From an uncultured archaeon (lineage in GTDB: Archaea > EX4484-52 > JAADEF01), in assembly GCA_964407715.1 (NCBI GenBank), contig CAYOWP010000003.1:15732-79731 (forward strand): 64,000 nucleotides of DNA. Direction: 5' to 3'. Under the pieces are notes generated by a model. It ran no database searches and had not been told where the DNA came from. It saw nothing but the letters and a program-made list of their open reading frames with translations. Made by a program: the position numbers and the translations under genes. Of this stretch, positions 50,262-60,917 are shown one piece after another (positions within the stretch are counted from its first letter, which is position 1; the number at the start of each line of letters is the position of its first letter).

Positions 50262-52742
50262 ATGGAACTCGAAAGAAAGGCGAGGATATTTATATTTTTG
50301 ATTATAATGTTAATGATACCTATAAAGAATACTCTTGCTATTTCTTCAGATTCAAATACTTTAAATTTATTTTTAGATGAATACTCTATAGAATTATGCC
50401 CCTATACTACAAAAATGATTACTGGATTTGTTGAAAATAATGGAAATCAAAATGTTGAAGTAAAGTTATATTCCAATAGCAAGTGGATTACAATTGCTCA
50501 AGATTCTTTTGTTTTATCTCCTCATGAAAAGAAATACATCAATATCTTTATAACTCCAACCGATGAGGCAAGAGTTGGAGAATATAGAGCAAAGATATAT
50601 GCTTATACAACCCAGGAAGAAGATGTGGAGGAGATAACAATAAATATACTAGATTGTAATGAAATTTCTTTAGATATTGAGGATACAACTATAGATGCTT
50701 GTATTGGGGATCATTTGAAGATACCATTCTACATAAAAAATGAAGGAAAGGTCACAGAGTATGTTACTTTGAGTGTTGACAAAGGAAAACTTGATTTTTA
50801 TGAGACGGTATTGGATAGCTATGAAAGTGATAAAAACTTCCTCTTTTATAAAGTAACAAAGGATTATGATGTAATTACTCTAAAGGCAACCTCTAAGAAT
50901 AGTTTTGCAAATGCAGAAAAAAAGATATATATAAATGGTAGAAATTGTTATAACTTTGACATTACGGTAATACCTCAAAGTGTAGATATATGTATGAAGG
51001 ATTATGCTGTCTTCGATATCTATCTAAGAAATACGGGAGAGGAAGAGGACACAATACACCTAAAAGCATCTTCAGGAATATTATCAAAGAATGTCATAAC
51101 TTTAGAACCTGAAGAAGAATACATAGTAAAATTAAAAGTTAAACCGAACAAAACAGGAGAGAGTGCAGTGAAGATAGAAGCATGGGATTCAGTAAATTAT
51201 CAATTTAGAGACATTCAAATAACAGGAAAAAGATGTAGCAACAATGCAATGATAATTGTTCCTGAAAGTATGGATGTATGCAGAGGTTCAGCAGCTAGAT
51301 ATATAATAGGAATAAGGAATTTGGGAGAGGTAGATGAGAGTTTGGAGATAACAAGTAACATTGGAGAATTTGATGAATCTGAAGTAGAAATAGAGCCGGG
51401 TACAACAGTCTATAGAGAAATATATATAAATACGGATGATATGGATTATGGTACACATGAAATAAAAATAAACTTAACAAAAAATGAGAGAGTTATAGAT
51501 AGTATCACAGCGACATTAAATGTTAAGAATTGTTATAATGGAGAAATATATACCCATTATAAGATTGTTAAAGCATGCAAATTTACGCCAAGTAGACCTA
51601 TAGATGTAATTGTAAAGAATACTGGTGAAAAAGAGGAAACATATACCTTAAAAGGTATGTTAGGAAGCTTTAATGTCCAAAGGATAAAGTTATCTCCAGG
51701 AGAAGAAATTGTAGTGAAATATAGAGTGAATATTTCCCAAGATATTGCAGAGGGTATTGTAGAGGATATACTATCCTTGAAAGGAGATCATATGAATAAA
51801 GAGAAAACAATTAAATTGGATGTTGAGGTATTAAAGGAAAATATGTGTTCTAATTTTAGCGTAAAAATAGAACCTGAAAGAATCTATGCCCAAGAATATA
51901 AAGGATATATATACAGAATAAAAATAAAAAATAACGGATATGCGGAAAATACATTTACAGTCAAATTAGATGATGACTATGGAATAATATATATAGAACC
52001 AAAGAAAATAACTATTGATAGTGGTGAAGAAGGTGTTATATTCCTATATGTGGCACCACATTCCAAGCTTCCAAATAAAGTATATGAGATAAAAGGAAAA
52101 GTGATAGATAAATTTAATAATGAAAAGAATTTCATGGCATTATTGGATTTAAATGTAGAAAAAACCTACTTTATTGAAGGAGCCCAAGAAGATAAAATCA
52201 TTACAAAAGTAAAAAATTTGGATAAAGAGAAAACATATTATGTAAGTAAAGACAATGCTACAACCTTAGAGATAGAATATATTATGGAAGGAAGAAAAGA
52301 AAAAGAAGAGATATTGTTTGTAGGTGGAAGTTTCATTATACAAATAGGGGATGAGCTATACGAAGATAAAAATCCCGAAATTGGAAAGAGAACTTATATA
52401 TTAAAAGCTAATAATAAGACATATAGAATAACAATAAAATTTGTGTATGTGGATAACGCAAATAGCGAATATAAATTCAAAATAGAAGATATAACAATAG
52501 AAAAAGAAAGGAAGCAGCTTTATCCTCCTATTGAGACAGAAAAGAAAAAAGAAGTCCTATGGAAGAACTGGAGAATATTGATACCTATATTCGTATTATT
52601 TATAGGGATCGCGCTTATATGTTATGATTTAATTTTTGCAAGATGGAGCAGCAGAAAAAAAGAGAACAAAAAGAAAAGGAGTACCAAGAAGGAAGCAAAA
52701 AAGAAAGAAATAGAAAAATTAAAGAAAATAATCGAGAAATGA
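50262..52742 (+). CDS. Large cell-surface protein with several Ig-like modules containing Cys pairs, a C-terminal TM anchor and a Lys-rich cytoplasmic tail
   Basis: Signal peptide; repeated roughly 100-aa modules (DCNEISLDIEDTTIDACIGD..., NGRNCYNFDITVIPQSVDICMKD..., GKRCSNNAMIIVPESMDVCRGS...); C-terminal ILIPIFVLFIGIALICYDLIF followed by a K/E-rich tail. Confidence 0.65.
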   Translation: MELERKARIFIFLIIMLMIPIKNTLAISSDSNTLNLFLDEYSIELCPYTTKMITGFVENNGNQNVEVKLYSNSKWITIAQDSFVLSPHEKKYINIFITPTDEARVGEYRAKIYAYTTQEEDVEEITINILDCNEISLDIEDTTIDACIGDHLKIPFYIKNEGKVTEYVTLSVDKGKLDFYETVLDSYESDKNFLFYKVTKDYDVITLKATSKNSFANAEKKIYINGRNCYNFDITVIPQSVDICMKDYAVFDIYLRNTGEEEDTIHLKASSGILSKNVITLEPEEEYIVKLKVKPNKTGESAVKIEAWDSVNYQFRDIQITGKRCSNNAMIIVPESMDVCRGSAARYIIGIRNLGEVDESLEITSNIGEFDESEVEIEPGTTVYREIYINTDDMDYGTHEIKINLTKNERVIDSITATLNVKNCYNGEIYTHYKIVKACKFTPSRPIDVIVKNTGEKEETYTLKGMLGSFNVQRIKLSPGEEIVVKYRVNISQDIAEGIVEDILSLKGDHMNKEKTIKLDVEVLKENMCSNFSVKIEPERIYAQEYKGYIYRIKIKNNGYAENTFTVKLDDDYGIIYIEPKKITIDSGEEGVIFLYVAPHSKLPNKVYEIKGKVIDKFNNEKNFMALLDLNVEKTYFIEGAQEDKIITKVKNLDKEKTYYVSKDNATTLEIEYIMEGRKEKEEILFVGGSFIIQIGDELYEDKNPEIGKRTYILKANNKTYRITIKFVYVDNANSEYKFKIEDITIEKERKQLYPPIETEKKKEVLWKNWRILIPIFVLFIGIALICYDLIFARWSSRKKENKKKRSTKKEAKKKEIEKLKKIIEK

Positions 52743-52772
52743 CATACCATAGATTCTCAAATGGAATATCAT

Positions 52773-53460
52773 TGGTTAACGGGAAAAATAACCTCTCTCT
52801 TTGGGTATTGAAGCGCCTAATCCTTTTGAAAGAGGAACTATGCTGCAAACCAAAGTGTAGAGTGATATCCTCCCGTTAACCATTTTTTATTTGGAAGATG
52901 GTTAAGGGAGACATTCCTTATCAATAGCACATTAAAGCAGCTAACCTTTCTAACCGGTTAGGAAGCAGCTAAACCTTTTTAAGTGGTTAGCATGCTGCAA
53001 GACCTTCTGGAAAAGCGATTTCCTCCCGTTAACCAAAATTTTTATTTTTTGAATTGGTTAACTGGAAGCATACCCAATGAACAAGCCATAGCAAAGCAGC
53101 TAACCTTTTTAAGCGGTTTAGAAGCAGCTAAACCTTTTTGGAAAGGATGCCATGCTGCAATATCCTTTGTGTTAGCGATTTCCTCGCGTTAACCAGATTT
53201 TTATTCAAAATAATTGGTTAACGGGCAGCATACCTTGTCAAGAAAGCACATTACAGCAGCTAACATTTTTAAGCGTTTTGGAAGCAGCTGACTATCTCAT
53301 GGGAAGTTAACATGCTCAAAGATCCACTGTAATGGTTATCTCTTCTGTTAACCTTTTCTTTGAAATAAAATAAAGATCTGTTTAAGTGGAATAATAACAA
53401 ATGAATGAGCCATCCTATAGCAGTTAATCTTTCTGAGCAGATAGGAAATAGCTATCCTTG
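52773..53460. repeat. Family B palindromic-module array (about 5 units)
   Basis: tggttaacgggaaaaataacc..., gcagctaacc, ggttagcatgctgcaa, ttcctcccgttaacca. Confidence 0.8.
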
Positions 53461-53498
53461 TTAATAAGTTGCCAAATTTATCAATACCTCAATTGCAT

Positions 53499-53805
53499 GG
53501 CATTGTCCAATAATTCTTTATTGTTAAGCGGAAACATAACCTCTCACAGAAGCACATGAGAGCAGTTAACCCTTCATAGCGATTATGAAGCAAGTAACCT
53601 TTCAACAATGTTAACCTGCCCCAAAACCCTTTGAATAGAGCTACGCTTCCCGTTAACAAATTGTCCAATAATTTTCTGATGAGGATTTGTTAACGAGAAA
53701 ATTCATTCTTACGATTGCATTAGCTCTATAATGTTCGCTACTTTAATGCACTTCTTTAAGAGGTTACTTTTCCGCTTAACAAATAGAGAATCATTGAACA
53801 ATACC
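53499..53805. mobile_element. Family A MITE, full composite with an internal family B insert (about 307 bp), flanked by a direct repeat of at least 10 bp, tcaattgcat
   Basis: ...caatacctcaattgcat|ggcattgtcc ... gaacaatacc|tcaattgcattaaac. Confidence 0.8.
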
Positions 53806-53860
53806 TCAATTGCATTAAACCTCAAAAATATAAATTAGCGAAGAGATAATAAAAATATTT

Positions 53861-54367
53861 ATGGAACTTCCATCATCTTTTTTGCTGGGTGCTATAATTA
53901 CCATTTTGCTTATATTGGCATCATTTATCGTTGGTTATCACATCATCAATGAGATAGGTTCTTTTTATGGATATAAAAAAGGAGTGGATTTGTATCAGGA
54001 AATTTCAAAACTTGTAAATTACATGTACTATCAAACGGAGGGGTCTTCAAAGATCGTTACTATACCTCTAACTCCAAATGATGAAATTCTATGTTTAATA
54101 AACTATGAGGATGTGGAGTCGTACGCGGAATCTGCTAATTATCTGCGAGATTATGATAGAAAGTATTTAAAGGAAATAATACCAGAAGAAAATTTAAAAA
54201 GAGATATTCCGATAAATATGTATTATCACAGGCGAAATCATCAGCCACAGGTATATAGCATAAAATATCTACGACCAGAGCATACCTTCTGTCTCAATAA
54301 AACCTCAGAATTATATTTTGAGAATAAAGGATATTATATTACTGTAATGCCTGTAATAGAGAAATAA
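53861..54367 (+). CDS. Hypothetical N-terminally anchored protein (168 aa)
   Basis: TM anchor LLGAIITILLILASFIVGY. Confidence 0.45.
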   Translation: MELPSSFLLGAIITILLILASFIVGYHIINEIGSFYGYKKGVDLYQEISKLVNYMYYQTEGSSKIVTIPLTPNDEILCLINYEDVESYAESANYLRDYDRKYLKEIIPEENLKRDIPINMYYHRRNHQPQVYSIKYLRPEHTFCLNKTSELYFENKGYYITVMPVIEK

Positions 54368-54380
54368 ATTATTGATTAAA

Positions 54381-55772
54381 TTAAGAAGAGGCAAAATACC
54401 TCTTACCTTTATTATCTTTGCCTTCTAAGGTTGCATTATCCAATTTTAAGTCGCCTATGACAGATATCTTCGGTATTATCTCATATCTAAAAATCCTCAC
54501 TTCTCCTGGTTTTAATGTACCTATTCTCCATTCAATTATATATCCAGTCTTTGTTTTATGTATCTTAGAAGGTTTTGGAAGTATGGAAGATTCATCTATA
54601 TTAAAGATTCCTTTAATATGATCTCTTAATATCACCTCTTTTAGCTCCTTCATTTTATGATTTGTTATCTTTAAAATGATGTTATATCTATGTCCTTTGA
54701 TATAGAACTCTTTTATAATCTTTGGTGATGTAAAGGAAACAAATAGCAATACAAGTAAAGTGAGAAGAATAAGTAGGATCACATATAATATCCAATAATT
54801 AATCTGAATTCCAAAGGTACATTCCTCATTTACATCAAGATCACAAAGAATAACATAGCGGCCATTCTTCTTTATAGGACTCATACCCTTAAAATTATAT
54901 ATCCATATAAATCCTCGTGTTCCAACATCATAGGTATATGTAACAGGAGTATTTCCCTTATTGATTACTTTCATTTCGATATATTTATAGAATGCATTTT
55001 CTTTAACATTAGAGTATTCCTTTACATTAAAAGTCCTTTTAACTTTAAAAGTATGTCTATTTTCATTTATCTTTTTTCCTCTATCATCATATATCTCTAC
55101 AATTATCTCATAGTTTCCTGGTTTTCTTTGTGGATCCACATGAATATCAGCAACAATAATATCTGATTCACCAACATTTAATGAAATTGGCTCATATTTT
55201 CTATAAAATCCAATTTTAGGCACTTTTATTATTACTGAATATTTTTCAGCATCTAGTTCACCAATATTTGATATGTGAACATATATTGTTTGGGTTTTAT
55301 TTGCTTCTATTTCCGGAAACTTTACTCCAATCTTAGTAATATCTAAAAGAGGTCTATCGAGAATATAAAGAGATTTTTTAATTGTTGCTAATACTTCTTT
55401 TGTTATGGAATTTTTTACATATACATAGAAATAATATCTCCCTCCTTTAACTAAAGAAGGAATAGTTATCTCCATATCCGTCTTAGCTGTAGAATAAGGA
55501 GATATATGAATAGGATTTTTATTCCACGTAAACCATCCTTCTCTTCCTAATGCATAAATATCTATGTACACATCTATAGATGCTGAGTTATTATTCAATA
55601 TAGATATATTTCCTTTAATTATATCCCCTGGATAAATCACATCTCTATCCAAGTTAACTTCTAATATTAAATTTTCTGTTGATGTGGATTGTGCAAATAC
55701 AGATGGAAAGATAATAAAACACATAATTAAGAAGATATTAATATATTTCCGGATATTTATATCACAAACCAT
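54381..55772 (-). CDS. Secreted surface protein with a C-proximal TM helix and a cytoplasmic tail
   Basis: Signal peptide; TM LYVILLILLTLLVLLFVSF near residue 330. Confidence 0.55.
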   Translation of the reverse strand: MVCDINIRKYINIFLIMCFIIFPSVFAQSTSTENLILEVNLDRDVIYPGDIIKGNISILNNNSASIDVYIDIYALGREGWFTWNKNPIHISPYSTAKTDMEITIPSLVKGGRYYFYVYVKNSITKEVLATIKKSLYILDRPLLDITKIGVKFPEIEANKTQTIYVHISNIGELDAEKYSVIIKVPKIGFYRKYEPISLNVGESDIIVADIHVDPQRKPGNYEIIVEIYDDRGKKINENRHTFKVKRTFNVKEYSNVKENAFYKYIEMKVINKGNTPVTYTYDVGTRGFIWIYNFKGMSPIKKNGRYVILCDLDVNEECTFGIQINYWILYVILLILLTLLVLLFVSFTSPKIIKEFYIKGHRYNIILKITNHKMKELKEVILRDHIKGIFNIDESSILPKPSKIHKTKTGYIIEWRIGTLKPGEVRIFRYEIIPKISVIGDLKLDNATLEGKDNKGKRYFASS

Positions 55773-55879
55773 ACATTATTCTAAAAATTATAAATATTTA
55801 AAATATTTCGTTTATAACTTCTAAATGATAATACGCCAGAGAATAAAAAAGTTATCTTATCAAAAAAGCAACTCATGAC

Positions 55880-56110
55880 ATGTTGCCCAATAATATATTT
55901 TGAAAATTTTGTTAACGGGAAACAATGCTATTCAAAAGATTTTAGAGTATGCTATCTTTTTCAATGGTTACCTGCCGTACAGTATGTTTTTAATATGCCT
56001 ATGTCTCCCCTTAACCATTTTTATCCTTTTTAATTTGGTTAATGAGAAACTTTCGCTTTCACTAAGGTAGTGCGGCATAGTAACCTGGTTAAAAATATTG
56101 GACATCACTA
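55880..56110. mobile_element. Degenerate family A-like element with decayed TIRs (catgttgcccaataat ... aatattggacatc)
   Basis: Internal family B-type cores (gttaacgggaaacaa, tctccccttaaccat) lie between TIR-like ends. Confidence 0.5.
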
Positions 56111-56163
56111 TATCAAAAATTTAAATTAAAAAATATTTAAATGCGTGTAAAATAAAAAATTTT

Positions 56164-58149
56164 ATGGTTCTTACATATAAAGAAATAGTAGATAAATTAG
56201 ACATAATAGAGAGGATATCATCTAAAATGGAAAAAACCCAAATATTAATAGAAATGCTCAAAAAAGCTGAAGAAGAAGAGATGGAATATCTAATTCTTTT
56301 CGTGCTTGGGAGAGTATTTCCAGAGCATATCACAAAAGAAATAGGCATAAGTCAAAACTTATTAATGAGGGGAATATCAAAAGCATATGGATATGACATA
56401 AAAGAAATTGAGAATCTATGGAAAATAAAAGGAGATATAGGTAAAGTAGCAGAAGAAATCTCGCATAAGAGGAAGCAAACATCTTTATTGATATCAGGAA
56501 TAACTTTAAAAGAGATAATAGAAACATTAAGAACAATAAGTAATCTTGAGGGAGAGGGGAGCATTGATAAGAAGATCAGCTTGGTTTCAGGATTGTTTAT
56601 GAAAGTAAAAGGAAATGAAGCAAAATACATTGCACGATATATTTTAGGTGATATGAGGATTGGTGTAGCAGAAGGTATTGTAAGAGATGCCATAATAGGA
56701 GCATATTTCTCACAATTTTATTGGCTCTCACTATTCACAACCCAAAATGTTGGCGTAACAGATGAGTTCATACTTAAATACTGGAAAAATAAAAAATTTC
56801 TGATTTCTAAAGAAGCAGAAAAAGGAGGAAATATAATAGCATTAATAAAGAAAATTGCTAAAGAAGTAGTAACTCTATCTGAGAATGAAATTAAAAATAT
56901 TTCTTCATTTCACTGGTCCAAAATGGATATTGATGTAGTGATAGTAGCATCATCTGAGCTCGGGAACATATTAAGAGAAAAATACACGAAATTATTAGAT
57001 GAAAGTTATGCTTTGATTAATGATTATCCTGAAGTAGCAAAGATAGCATATAAGGAAGGAGAAGAAGGTCTAAAGAAAATAATACCAATTATATTTAGAC
57101 CCTTAAGAGTGATGCTTGCGCAGAGAGCTCATAACATAGAGGAAGCTTTTCAGATAGTTGGCAGACCTGCTGCTTTTGAATATAAGTTTGATGGATTTAG
57201 GGTACAAATACATAAAAAGGGCAAAAAAATAGAGATTTACACAAGAAGATTAGAAAATGTGACAAAGCAATTCCCAGATATCATAAAATATGTGCAGGAG
57301 AACATCAAAGCAGAAGAATGTATAATAGAAGGAGAAGCAATAGGATATGATCCAATGACAGAAAAATGGCTTCCTTTTCAAAAGGTATCCCAGAGAATAC
57401 GCAGAAAATATAATGTTGAGGAAATGGCAAAAAAGATACCTGTTATGGTTCATCTTTTTGATATAGTATATCTAAATGGAAATAAACTTATATATCACTC
57501 ATTTAAAGAAAGAAGGGAAATGCTAAGGAGCATTGTAAATGAGGTTCCAAAGCAGATAATGCTTGCAAAACAAATAATTACTGATAAAGTTGAGGAAGCC
57601 CAAAGGTTTTATGATGAAGCACTCAAGAAAGGTAATGAGGGAATCATGGCAAAGAATCTAAATGCCCCCTATGAGCCAGGATTAAGAGTAGGAAATATGA
57701 TAAAGATAAAACCTACATTGGAAACACTTGATTTAGTGATTGTAGGAGCAGAATGGGGAGAGGGCAAAAGAACAGGATATCTCAGCTCATTTGAATTGGC
57801 TTGCATTGATGAAGATACAGGAGAATTTCTAACTATCGGAAAGTTAGGTACAGGAATAAAAGAGAAAGCAGAAGGAGGAGGAGTTAGTTTTGAAGATTTA
57901 ACAGAGCTTCTCAAACCACACATTGAAAAAGAGGAGGGAAGAATTGTAAAAATAAAACCATCTGTTGTTGTGGAAGTTGCATATGAAGAAATTCAAAAAT
58001 CACCTCACTATACATCAGGATATGCATTAAGATTTCCACGACTAGTAAGCATAAGAGATGATAAGTCACCACATGAAGTAGATACAATTGAAAGAGTTGA
58101 AAAAATATATGAGATACAAAGAGGAAGAGGATCCAATAAAGTTGCTTGA
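56164..58149 (+). CDS. lig: ATP-dependent DNA ligase
   Basis: EYKFDGFR adenylation motif I with the downstream ligase motifs. Confidence 0.9.
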   Translation: MVLTYKEIVDKLDIIERISSKMEKTQILIEMLKKAEEEEMEYLILFVLGRVFPEHITKEIGISQNLLMRGISKAYGYDIKEIENLWKIKGDIGKVAEEISHKRKQTSLLISGITLKEIIETLRTISNLEGEGSIDKKISLVSGLFMKVKGNEAKYIARYILGDMRIGVAEGIVRDAIIGAYFSQFYWLSLFTTQNVGVTDEFILKYWKNKKFLISKEAEKGGNIIALIKKIAKEVVTLSENEIKNISSFHWSKMDIDVVIVASSELGNILREKYTKLLDESYALINDYPEVAKIAYKEGEEGLKKIIPIIFRPLRVMLAQRAHNIEEAFQIVGRPAAFEYKFDGFRVQIHKKGKKIEIYTRRLENVTKQFPDIIKYVQENIKAEECIIEGEAIGYDPMTEKWLPFQKVSQRIRRKYNVEEMAKKIPVMVHLFDIVYLNGNKLIYHSFKERREMLRSIVNEVPKQIMLAKQIITDKVEEAQRFYDEALKKGNEGIMAKNLNAPYEPGLRVGNMIKIKPTLETLDLVIVGAEWGEGKRTGYLSSFELACIDEDTGEFLTIGKLGTGIKEKAEGGGVSFEDLTELLKPHIEKEEGRIVKIKPSVVVEVAYEEIQKSPHYTSGYALRFPRLVSIRDDKSPHEVDTIERVEKIYEIQRGRGSNKVA

Positions 58150-58211
58150 AGTTGTTCTCGGAAAATATCGTTAAATAATGTTTTTAAACCTATCTATTCA
58201 CATTTTATATT

Positions 58212-59336
58212 ATGCGTGTAGGTATGGCTGAGCTGAGGTTATGTGATGGATATGTACCTCACTATAAAGAAATGGTTATGATTGCAAAACCTCTTATTAA
58301 ATTGATGATTGATGATATTGGCATAAAAGAAACAATAAAGCGATTCTCTGATCCTTTTTGGTTTCAATCTCTCGCATGCGCTTTGGGATTTGAGCATAAT
58401 TACACGGGAGCCACCACAGTTACTTTAAAAGCAATAAAAGAAGCATTCAAAGATGAGAATGATATCTTTATCTTGGGTGGAAAAGGTAAAAATGCACTTC
58501 AAGTTCCTTATGAGTTATCAGAATTAGAGAAAAAAGGGATGCTAAATTCAAGGATGAGAGATATCTTAGAGAGAATCTCTAAGGAAACAGCAAAAGCAGA
58601 CAATTCTCTTTTACAAGACTCTTATGATCTCTATTTTCACACTGTTATTACAGATGGAAAAAAGAATTACGCTATAATAAATCAAGGAATGAACGACAAA
58701 GAGATGTTGGTTAGACGATATCATTGGCTTAATCCTTTAAGTTTTGAAGATAAAAATTTCAGAAGTATAATAAATAACATATCATTGGATTTGCAGTCAA
58801 AAGAGAGCAAAGATATAAAAAATGCTATTGTTGACATAGTTAAAGATGAATCACCAGAGAAAATTGTTAAAAAAGCACTTTTGCTCTCTAAACATTATGA
58901 GCTTTATAAAAAGGGCTTGAAGCCCTTATATATAAGCAAGGAAGAACAAGAATTTTTCAAAAAGATAAGTGTTGTACCTTATTATTTAAATTTTCCAAGA
59001 AAGATGAATTATGAAGCCATAAAAATTGCGCATGAATGTGCACGCGAGTTTAAGGATGTAGCCATGATGGAAAACATAGGTAAATCAACATTAAGAGGAT
59101 TAGCATATCTATCAGCATTAGTATATGGAAAGGAAATCTCCTGGGAAAAACCACAAAGATATTGTTATGCTTTTGGAACTAAAGCCGGAAAGCCATGGTA
59201 TGTTGAAAGAGAAGCAATGAAAAAAGCTGGAAAATATCTTATGGAACTTATAAACGCTTCAGAAATAAAAAGAGAACAAAAGAAAGAAATCTTTAAAAGA
59301 TTAGCAAAAATAACACAAAAACATTTCAAGTTCTAA
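58212..59336 (+). CDS. Conserved archaeal protein, DUF763-like
   Basis: N-terminal MRVGMAELRL...SDPFWFQSLACALGFEHNYTGATTVT recalls DUF763; assigned from memory only. Confidence 0.45.
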   Translation: MRVGMAELRLCDGYVPHYKEMVMIAKPLIKLMIDDIGIKETIKRFSDPFWFQSLACALGFEHNYTGATTVTLKAIKEAFKDENDIFILGGKGKNALQVPYELSELEKKGMLNSRMRDILERISKETAKADNSLLQDSYDLYFHTVITDGKKNYAIINQGMNDKEMLVRRYHWLNPLSFEDKNFRSIINNISLDLQSKESKDIKNAIVDIVKDESPEKIVKKALLLSKHYELYKKGLKPLYISKEEQEFFKKISVVPYYLNFPRKMNYEAIKIAHECAREFKDVAMMENIGKSTLRGLAYLSALVYGKEISWEKPQRYCYAFGTKAGKPWYVEREAMKKAGKYLMELINASEIKREQKKEIFKRLAKITQKHFKF

Positions 59337-60553
59337 TGAAGATATTCTATCATTACCTCTAACCAATCTTTCACTAATCTGGTAATCATAAAATGCTCTC
59401 TTGCTTTTTTGTTTGCTTCTATTCCCATTTTATTTCTCAATTCCTCATCTTTTAATAGCAAATCGCTTCTCTCAGCAAAACCTTTATAATCATATGGGTC
59501 TAATAAGAATCCATTGATCCCATCATCAATTTGTAATTTTATGCCTCCAACTTTACTTGCAATAACGCTCTTATATTTGTACATGGCCTCACTTACAACT
59601 AGCCCAAAACCTTCTTTTATGGACTTTTGAATGATTATATCGCTTCTTCTTTGAACAGCATTTACTAAAAGCTCATCATTAACGGATAACGCAAAAATAC
59701 TTCTTTTGTATTTGCTCTTGTTAATTCTCTCTAACACCTCTTTATACACCTGTGATCCTTCAGGATCATCTGTCGCCTCATTTCCCAAAATAATAAGTTG
59801 TAAATCTTTATGTTTTTCTTTTACCATCTCAAATATATCTATCACTCCTACAGGATCCTTCCATCTGTCATATCGCGAAACCTGTGCCATTATAGGTTTT
59901 GATATATTAATCCCAAATTTTGTAAGAATTTCCTCACATTTCTCTTTACTTATAAAAGTATTTTTTGGTTTAAGTGGATCAATAGCAGGCATTATTACCT
60001 TAGTTTTCTTGTTATTGAGATCATGATTTGAATATTCCTTTGAGGAAACAATAATGCCATCATAATTCCTGATTATCTTAAGCATTTTATTCCAAATTTT
60101 TTTGTTTGGTGAGGAAAGGTCTATATGCAATCTTGAAATCCATGGTACAGAATGTTTATGATACAAAATTAAAGGTAATGGTTGTGGATCATGAACCACA
60201 ATTAAATCGTATTCCTCTTCATTTATAGATTTTGCAAATATTTCATTCATAGTGAAGTAATAGTTCCACTCTTCATCAGTTATTGTAATATCTCCACCAT
60301 GTAATGCATTATGTATCTTTTTTGTAATAGTAAAAAATGTTTCATTTCCTGGGATCACTGCCCATTGTACCTTAACATTTAAATCATTAAAAAGCGGAAG
60401 ATAAGAGCTTATGAGCTCTGCTACTCCTCCTCCTATACGCGTAGAATTTATCATCAATATCTTTTTACCTTCAATAAGTTTTGCCAATTCTTTTAATTCC
60501 TCGATCTTTTCTTTCCCTACAATGTTCCCATATTCCTCTATGTTAATAATCAT
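59333..60553 (-). CDS. treT: Trehalose glycosyltransferring synthase TreT (GT4)
   Basis: INSTRIGGGVAELI, HDPQPLPLI, LHIDLSSPNKKIW, QVSRYDRWKDP, TDDPEG and SIKEGFGLVVSEAMYKYKSVIASKVGGIKLQIDDGINGFL all match the TreT signature blocks. Confidence 0.85.
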   Translation of the reverse strand: MIINIEEYGNIVGKEKIEELKELAKLIEGKKILMINSTRIGGGVAELISSYLPLFNDLNVKVQWAVIPGNETFFTITKKIHNALHGGDITITDEEWNYYFTMNEIFAKSINEEEYDLIVVHDPQPLPLILYHKHSVPWISRLHIDLSSPNKKIWNKMLKIIRNYDGIIVSSKEYSNHDLNNKKTKVIMPAIDPLKPKNTFISKEKCEEILTKFGINISKPIMAQVSRYDRWKDPVGVIDIFEMVKEKHKDLQLIILGNEATDDPEGSQVYKEVLERINKSKYKRSIFALSVNDELLVNAVQRRSDIIIQKSIKEGFGLVVSEAMYKYKSVIASKVGGIKLQIDDGINGFLLDPYDYKGFAERSDLLLKDEELRNKMGIEANKKAREHFMITRLVKDWLEVMIEYLH

Positions 60554-60644
60554 TCTTATCTCCCTAATTAATTATTTAGGTACTGATAAAATATATCTTA
60601 ATATTTAAAAGAATAAATAATTTTAGGTTAAATTTATATGTTTG

Positions 60645-60902
60645 GGCTTTGTCCAATAATTCTTTATTGTTAAGCGGACACATAACCTCTCACAGAAGCG
60701 CATGAGAGCGGTTAACCCTTTGAATAGGGCTATGCTTCCCGTTAACAAATTGTCCAATAATTTTTGATGAGGATTTGTTAACGAGAAAATTCGTTCTTAC
60801 GATTGCATTAGCTCTACAAGGTTTGCTGCTCTAATGGGCTTCTTTAAAAGATTACTTTTCCGCTTAACAAAATTTGTTAATAAAGAATTATTGGACAATG
60901 CC
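60645..60902. mobile_element. Family A MITE, full composite (about 258 bp)
   Basis: ggctttgtccaataattctttattgttaagcgga ... tttccgcttaacaaaatttgttaataaagaattattggacaatgcc. Confidence 0.75.
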
Positions 60903-60917
60903 TAAGGCTTATGTTAT

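Noticed and set aside
56164-58149. Intein in the DNA ligase (661 aa), the PolD small subunit or RFC
   Set aside because: No intein block motifs (Cys/Ser+1 ... HN C-terminal, LAGLIDADG) were seen. The extra length of the ligase lies in a Lys/Glu-rich N-terminal DNA-binding region, not in an insertion.
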